Source: Candidatus Buchananbacteria bacterium
GTDB taxonomy: Bacteria > Patescibacteriota > Patescibacteriia > Buchananbacterales > UBA6539
Direction of reading: 5' to 3'
Length of the DNA stretch: 64,000 bases
Assembly (NCBI GenBank): GCA_041664165.1
Contig: JBAYLH010000001.1
Location: 73,469-137,468, forward strand
Shown: positions 62,101-64,000 of the stretch, piece by piece
How positions within the stretch are numbered: the stretch's first letter is position 1
Layout of the letters: every line of letters starts with the position of its first letter
Notes under the pieces: model-generated
Told to the model about the DNA's origin: nothing
Database searches by the model: none
What the model saw: only the letters and a program-made list of their open reading frames with translations
Translations under genes and position numbers: made by a program

Positions 62101-64000
62101 AGAAGGCAGATACATCGGCGAATTAAACAGCGCTTTGACTGTGGCATCGATTTTTACTTCGCTGTCGTCGGTTCGAATATAGCTAACCCGATAGCCGGCT
62201 TGTTCGGTTCCCCGGCGGTTAAACGGCGTCGGACTGGCCAAGCTTAAAAAATCGCAAGTCGCCGTCCGATTACAATTTTCCACGACTCTTGGCCCGAAAG
62301 ATTCCGTCGTAAATAACCAGGTAAAAGTTGATTCCGTGGCAATCCCGAGTTTAGGCTGGCACAAGCAAGTCTCGTTATCGCAAGCGTAACCCAAAGGATC
62401 GCAAATTGACTGGTTCGGTTCGCAAGCCGGCGTGGCGACATTGCCGTCGCAGACAATTCCCGGATAGCAATAGCAGGAAAGTTTATTGGGATCGTAACCG
62501 GCATCCCCCAGCTTGCTGTTATAACAATAATAATTAAGGTTAGCCGAATTGCAAGTTTCCGTTCCCGGACAATCCGATTGGCAAGTTTCGCTAGCCGGAC
62601 AAGTTGACGGCGAGGCGGTTAAACTACAAGGCTGGCCGCTTTGGCTGCAGCTGCCCCAGTTGAGCCGGCAGACATTGCCGGAAGTACTGCATTTGCCGAC
62701 GCTGCACATGCTTTGCAAAGGATCGCAGATATTATTAGTCCCATCGGCATCGCAGGCAATTAACGGCTGGCACTGGCAACCGTCATTGCAGAATTGGCCT
62801 TGCGGACAATTTTGCACCGGCGTACAAGACTGATGAGTCGGATCAGTCGTACAAGTATAAGCCGTTATTTGTTTACAATCACAAGTAGCGGGATCGCAAA
62901 TTTGATTGATGCCGCAAAGAGTGTTATCCGGTTTGCAGACCCCGGCTTCGGTACTGCAAGCCCCGGGTTGTTTGCCGGTCTGAAACGACCAGTTATAAGT
63001 TGATTCCGTCAAAACGCCGCCGGTTTGCTGGCAAGTACAGTTGCTTTGCGGATCGCAGACATAACCGGTCGGACATTTGGCATTATCCGGCCGACAAGAC
63101 GGATTATCGGCATCGGCTGACGAAGTCGGATTATCGCAAGAAGCTGTTTGATAACAATAACAAGGCAGCTTAGTTGAATCAGGCGTATGCAAAGTCGTAT
63201 CGTAGCAATACCAGCCCGCCGGACATTTTGCCTGGGTCGGACTGTTGCATTGAGCCGGACTATTGTCGCTGTCGCAAGCCTGGCGCGGTTCGCACTTGCA
63301 TTGGCTGTTGCAGAAATGATCCGCTGAACATTTGGTTTGGTCGACGGAACAACTGTTAGCATTGCTGCTGCATTCAAAAGCCGTCGGCCCGCTTTCCGGA
63401 TCAACCCGAAAAGATTTAGGATTACTGAATTCGGCATTAACCTTGACTCGGTTGCCGATATTAATCGACTGAGCCAGGGGTACAAAAATACCATCGCGAT
63501 TAGTCGTGCCAAAAGCCGGCACTTTGGCATTGGTAATCTCAGCGGCGCTAATAACCGGCGTACCACCGGCAAGCATGGCACCAAAATATACCGAACTTTG
63601 GCCAGCCGCAAACCGAATGCCTTCAAAAGTTACTGAAGTATCAATAATGCCAAAAGTTGGATTGAGCGTGCAAAGACCGGGCCGGACTGTTTCATTAATG
63701 ACAAAGTTACCGAGCCGGCTGCCGACATTGTCATCAGTCTGATCAGCTAAGCCATCGGCTCTGACGACTTTGATAGCGCCGTCTTTGGCTCCGGTTGGAA
63801 TAGTTACGATAATTTCCCGATCATTCCACACATCAGTACAGGCCGGATTGGCCGCGCTGGCTAACGAAGCAATAACCTCCGGCTGGCCGGAGACGCCGGT
63901 AAATAAAACCTGGCCGGAAGCAGTATTGAAATGGCGGCCGTGAATCGTAATCAAATTGCCCTCGGCGCCGTCCAGCGGTGAAACCCATTCAATCACCGGC
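47155..64000 (-). CDS. Giant Cys-rich multidomain surface protein (>5600 aa, N-terminus outside window)
   Basis: Uninterrupted ORF; IPT/TIG, Ig-like, CGNGxxExGEECD repeats, LamG-like, pilin-like, TSP3, VWA (DLSVS), InlB-B-like repeats. Confidence 0.93.
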   Translation of the reverse strand, partial: PVIEWVSPLDGAEGNLITIHGRHFNTASGQVLFTGVSGQPEVIASLASAANPACTDVWNDREIIVTIPTGAKDGAIKVVRADGLADQTDDNVGSRLGNFVINETVRPGLCTLNPTFGIIDTSVTFEGIRFAAGQSSVYFGAMLAGGTPVISAAEITNAKVPAFGTTNRDGIFVPLAQSINIGNRVKVNAEFSNPKSFRVDPESGPTAFECSSNANSCSVDQTKCSADHFCNSQCKCEPRQACDSDNSPAQCNSPTQAKCPAGWYCYDTTLHTPDSTKLPCYCYQTASCDNPTSSADADNPSCRPDNAKCPTGYVCDPQSNCTCQQTGGVLTESTYNWSFQTGKQPGACSTEAGVCKPDNTLCGINQICDPATCDCKQITAYTCTTDPTHQSCTPVQNCPQGQFCNDGCQCQPLIACDADGTNNICDPLQSMCSVGKCSTSGNVCRLNWGSCSQSGQPCSLTASPSTCPASETCQSDCPGTETCNSANLNYYCYNSKLGDAGYDPNKLSCYCYPGIVCDGNVATPACEPNQSICDPLGYACDNETCLCQPKLGIATESTFTWLFTTESFGPRVVENCNRTATCDFLSLASPTPFNRRGTEQAGYRVSYIRTDDSEVKIDATVKALFNSPMYLPSLTDATVKVYQCADPANCNTDVTNAFTIIAANNGWYNDQNTGQLTLVPNSLLAKNTYYKVDLDSAKIFGRNGVRLAANDIGLSHYAWLFKTKDSDELSTVGCVAVSPATAYLYYAGAIRDDYFAQPVSEDNYCVDIRPESCTAGWGWGTDKPAKVSVEQKAIANTAKATALGETINDAPNPFAKVEAECKLTPLPSVFGHGNLYIDFSSPYVIDHFPNCGTACLNAKIGATFSKAMDETAGFSVKDKMKLYICYDDPSCNLSAAEVVASFTNSVILDPAEAANTYTGYVPCYDFNNDGKDDYCLVPNTYYRVVIDSQVRSQNEHKPLAGLNFDQNNDLIKDSYSWIFKTQTDYGLCLPGKIDVAPAEKHADIGVNIFYAARPRTAPDSCDPVFGQRLNPYTWDFDWQSSQPTVADLVTPLRDGCGNGVIETGEDCDDGNLNNGDGCNNNCLDENDADLGNSNQFDVCGNGLIERTEECDSSGAGCSATCLYTGSVLGSSRCGDGQIGLGEECDGSELVLGGKPVDGDGCSSSCLIEDRSHGFCRSEKTNLFDFRLGECAGSGSCPANYDCLPLNSVPGNNNSGSVCGNGLVETGEECDLGGICSDNGDYCTTKSLYNCADPWTATCRPQNQFGCTDKCINAGSYLDTPLNNPPTVGPYQLVMTLADGETHIQSWLKNYTPATGGPLGQGHLTVGNFLPDGAFGLVEKWPDCNWACINAAIGGRFNKYADALTLNPDNIFLYDCGSDEICDIAGKTPIAITVTTRIIIPHSNPADSAPDTFDLSLPQTYNPIDNDQNPLTPMIPTLIPNTVYRVVVRNGVATADGKQQLDYLNFEDFTAPSYVAGTQNAYSWVFKTKPENNLCALDHVQVIPEKLTLPEGEIKYRYFSQPWSISDQCDARGQRLNPYSYDWRWDKRDLDGVTAANFVTPFKDGCGNGVVEKGEDCDPGWLSVPDCDSLTCKWAGKNTCLVATGSNCCGNSRIEPGEECEFNKTGLIGWYPLESNANDLINQNNGAGFGGLSFVGGKIGQGISFNGTTGYVEVNDNQNLQLAVRGFSLAFWVNGIDSAAGQLLLGKGAENGAESGFKIVSDSDKKIHLAIGDGSRMVNSAQVDLAISGWHFVAFTVNRDSGRGLKAYLDGRLVGETDPTSLRGGDISAVGKKLTFGGRQTGANLAGALDEIRIYSRALSPSEIMKLSTNYYCNERCLLIGNTNYNQEVCGNGIVETGEECDTGTEPNGDDTDGCTDICTFAGSIAGVNALCGDNLIGLGEECDNGDLARGGQPASGDGCTGINYSPAGTVNQVDCQRIDFSNLANCHTGLCYWTGNQCGTRPCLLENRNLNICRNVQTNVFDFTNGANPLSCPVGYEPRSLNGVIGNDNWGLSVCGNGFKETGEKCDDGGLCQNSADQWVGCTSLNYSQCKAGSGCTTYEGFCSADNNPCNSIGSPCGTGGQCISDGCSRNCTVNSSTVADNRLDPYQIVQTIDRLPTRLSQAREEILAWSALQPQTAGVGELTVVAGSEVPFYVIGHQPKINAANQCRNVAIWAVFSKTLKPSTILDSLKVCKNSCGTNPNLVKSYLYETVAGQCVRNSCVYPLADAGLLTNSRCQADNDCLGSRLTVTGLTSGFLESNATYQVDVSGVKDIISDADSLPQTGDYTSVWTFGTSEDFCQCDYVGVLVKPTSAGNLTINDLFACAGNFCGKNSPTNLLDDDFDYALAGNQHLYQAQCYDLTTIVGAITPISPSGVGFQWSEIDPANDQKGIIYLSDYADKVCSVDNSKKCNLDSECSGGICAVDNYNYQNLVTPGQDHDANGNLVAPPVTKGINGEAVVRVFGGQYRCSDTNEFCNPQLANQCAATAQCRLTSESSQDANVTNFICNNPWPSLADVYRDNQGNCTSGICRDTHFKLYYCRDAGQENTTDDDLPALSVNPTVLGTRLGILKDFIFPVGESNQTPAGSKNGNEYSVGTSCPNPTPSPATLGNFSYCLGDGNNNLPVWSYNFAAVTAGDYSLEIKTHNFGNDLTSIAYCDENNDGILRAGEKTVCNPGAANACGTGTCLASVSQRLEIKVDNVAKGNIDNLASTASQTGTLFLGKLASGSHTVTITWRNDWSDPSLTPVPDSNLLIENLRLLKVEGAPTGDALGIRILSNPLHLSPKTWYQSGLCGGQGDFDQLCFKDTDCKNNNLFANGNFEQDTPATWSWNLQLSGNFAAGLTAVSDAGRTGRAARLAVTSGTTGWGQLRNDPVKSALTLSAGSYSYTAYVKSEAEVVVGAEKEVTAGNWQSLCDNTPNCLISGKTGAKCASGNTPATWQPVACNFTLTTPTKVQFYVRLRQAGSSTVDIDDLQLYGRCQMNVPTVGSPQEIKTDGYQAIRDGRTIYVGATNLDRGVSATTLYSNIYLLSYSQNASSQTQEIFNRLLDPTGQNGVWSFNTNVSNYRVCDDYGRYAETDFVCGPAAATGSIEIGTSNHSQCVTYQTISACEDKLKELGCFWSEVTNSCQAKICQPIYCANNFDCPNLSCDAEKEQVVRDSKRYADLREMQLVFKNYFPTKGRYPVLSAGSYISGTTFSVWPSWQQTLAAETGKALFIDPLNRFIGCTAYYCDSNGNGKIESDETTACVLGNLTACGNQPILCQPADPDQEKTCWDEISKTFACPQQMFVYAYGSANSGLDYGLYSNFEYTNPGTWATGQYPLPAACQRLNFEIHQTNLNPAANVVDCSAQGGDTDSDGVCDGIGSGIIAGKDNCPGRLCGNPANCYNPDQQDSNGNGTGNVCDTGCSGDSDYDGICDQQDNCPTVANRDQADSDSDHLGDVCDPCTDLDSDGFWDIDTGANDINVCPKDNCPPFTNYQTSGLATWISSDHNFYCKDANGKPAASKPCRSGGVNSSADRNCNDTGYCGNGFGDFASYNPYQEDYDNDNIGYICDQCLDFDKDGLGDYSFYTNTSTPVSTANLTLGQKEHFQGCQGNAGSFEEFDYAIANVSVNQTYQNPGALGGDHNFTVSIAGEYFVKVKTYNAVGFGTGADLASRIELDPTRFDAEKNYNGFKIQVEIDGQARSDKIINYPFDISHPQEGIISLGQLAAGSHAIKFNWLNDWCRCSTGCPVPGSFTVNCDANVGFVGFEIRPKITDLDNCPGGPYGPVCKDNFGIQISCSNSSQTDYNHNNIGDICDQPARCGDGLVIASEVCDAGDNASLVKRPWSTKNNERCNPTQSDDPNTLASCQWCANNCSKVVTETGGACGNGIIEKGPDDNQPWENCDCKSAVYRGTNPIDSTNPAGVCVGAASNGVPCNPAYNGSCQYCDNTCKIVTVGGLYCGNCQIDTGGGSAEECDYGTDNFGAECTANCKWQCTASNYTGHGGVTLANLSFPPAQTSTLTSPLCQISENKVKAHLNIRRSDAAPETAVVLVTDLSVSMNEACNGINSSEPQSCDPNLALLTALRMAVTNLLSNSDYNIKVGLVSFGLTYDAIGRTNSIVNSYNFSRNEGNLHGVINSYATIGGTNTSAAVIKATQMLTGSGSPNKIMIVMSDGEADTKLNYCESAIPNGCHTTAQTCNFGGWQLCWPCGEDRYDFSCSAVYPNNTPAIDSDADLAKNNGITIYSAAFGTVNEMNLLSSNTTLTPVPGCDNAHYCYLKPDDNSSNLPLLYTDIINKIKQALDVKFTVDISGTLTTPEQGLNFDYDSIRAGGASGADFTVDLNLPTNFCAAAAHGFAVRDLPAGVVVTFNSFEFNYCSSFPSVPPSCTPIPPPRVAAPTNLVQDSNGIKGIFSFLKTTIARLANFFNQPLSQPVKLAKETKPADFTVAMTPKILGSPTWIDQYCTASTAAPACTAGAKRDCSNQQGVCAGAKETCSILGQWPGCDYSTISGHYVSEAGHCLDGLDNDCDGQTDALDSDCAVTCTPNGCNGNCPAGCAASDDPDCGCQSGNSCCGLGCNNATDSDCPAAVEICNTPGDEDGNGFADCADFACKGQTGPAGSKCCWDGSFNSDADSAAYCNTCERCLAPADFGSALPNDYQCRPRVSDEGVGCTGSCSSCVVGGVCGARAVNDDTECTAACHVCSGTANDTCSILNHYTDEDTSGPGQCLPPNFCNASGSCVPPGADTAPDAFTFTDQTNVALSTVMTSNAITVSGINAPSPISITGGQYQVGAGSWTTAAGSINNGDTVKVRQTSAAAYSTQTNTVLIIGGVFDTFTSTTGVQPTFTLTVTPPTGSNSITSSDAPQTIDCGSTCSHAYPAGTSIVLTAYPAAGFIFTGWSGACAGTGVCNVTLDAVKTVAATFVAADTAPDAFTFTDQTNVALSTVMTSNAITVSGINAPAPISITGGQYQVGAGSWTTVAGSINNGDTVKVRQTSAAAYSTQTNTVLTIGGVSDTFTSTTGVQPTFTLTVTNPLAAGQVLILGGLINCGQGNTVCSQSNITSGTHINLTAIASTGYSFSSWVGGGCTTANPCDIVITGNTTVTANFSTLSTPLNIYKTGTGTGTVTSADTHLNCGSTCSYAYNYGDNVTLHAAAAIADSKFTGWYVTTFAGVPTGICAGTTNDCSLPMTTIGGLKVTANFNIDCNKSCANPVCAGQPGSGGTCCQNANDCSLPGVCAIATCSASKICQYTPDNNVCGSCGLCNGTTYACQSGGSCGSCATCSQQGNVYNCVVPSTDPCPKCQQCTALSGTNYQCNQITGFQPDTNGADQCRDDNVGCTGNSCVCDNSGVCVSCANADKDGLCDNMDFCPYDPDNDFDGDNICAVGCTSGSSHTGSKTNGWICGTGSTVTYDTCQGGSCNATNSCLAIFGAQDYFNVYINGRLVTGNLYLPTDPAYNPTAVPITPDQTLASQNQPNQSDSSKGGVLFNLNDYLLSGQNVIAIEAYHRMAPSTTREVRGAIANFLDSGLCTAISGPNRTLSSFGHSASDLPFPVTCWLIENSDISAEPLGIGDWKGVGFDDSSWGISYAAGATQQIFNRLYLPKYSNVGWQPRTIWAGPVTPGYTSSHTFCRYKFTH
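48971..49833. repeat. Intragenic near-identical ~320-bp duplication (48971-49290 and 49514-49833)
   Basis: Both copies encode ADTAPDAFTFTDQTNVALS...GVQPTFTLTVT with few substitutions. Confidence 0.93.

Noticed and set aside
47357-63742. Numerous short overlapping ORFs within the giant gene (and similar ones within fusA, nrdJ, ftsA and others)
   Set aside because: Alternative-frame or antisense shadows of well-supported CDSs

Overview
AT-rich bacterial chromosome segment whose gene content and style suggest a Patescibacteria/CPR organism (inference: giant Cys-rich surface protein, split comEC, nucleoside salvage genes, class II RNR). Most genes are on the minus strand. Core genes: tuf (partial), fusA, rpsG, rpsL, rpmB (missed by the ORF track), tRNA-Pro(GGG), ndk, ahcY, apt, mtnP, glnA, frameshifted prfB, cobO, nrdJ, ftsZ, ftsA, ybeY, and a >5600-aa surface protein running off the right edge. 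The most striking feature is 8.7-13.4 kb: four self-contained cassettes, each with a sigma70 promoter, a short leader peptide, a mutually exclusive antiterminator/terminator and strong-SD cargo gene(s). The leaders read WFFGYYFF (before orf-pheA-aroF), LLLGLLLL and IIIGIII (two paralogous attenuators with swapped sensing codons, before orphan genes), plus one with no clear codon run. Also present: an ANTAR two-hairpin leader on glnA beside a GAF-ANTAR gene; a cobalamin riboswitch with an inserted hairpin controlling a transcobalamin-like uptake operon; a GxxExxY gene between perfect 92-bp direct repeats; a GC-richer two-gene islet bounded by 23-bp direct repeats; a triplicated ftsZ 3' end; a tRNA with a 20-bp extended acceptor helix; and a candidate ~200-nt ncRNA. 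All calls come from reading the sequence by eye; no searches or folding programs were run.
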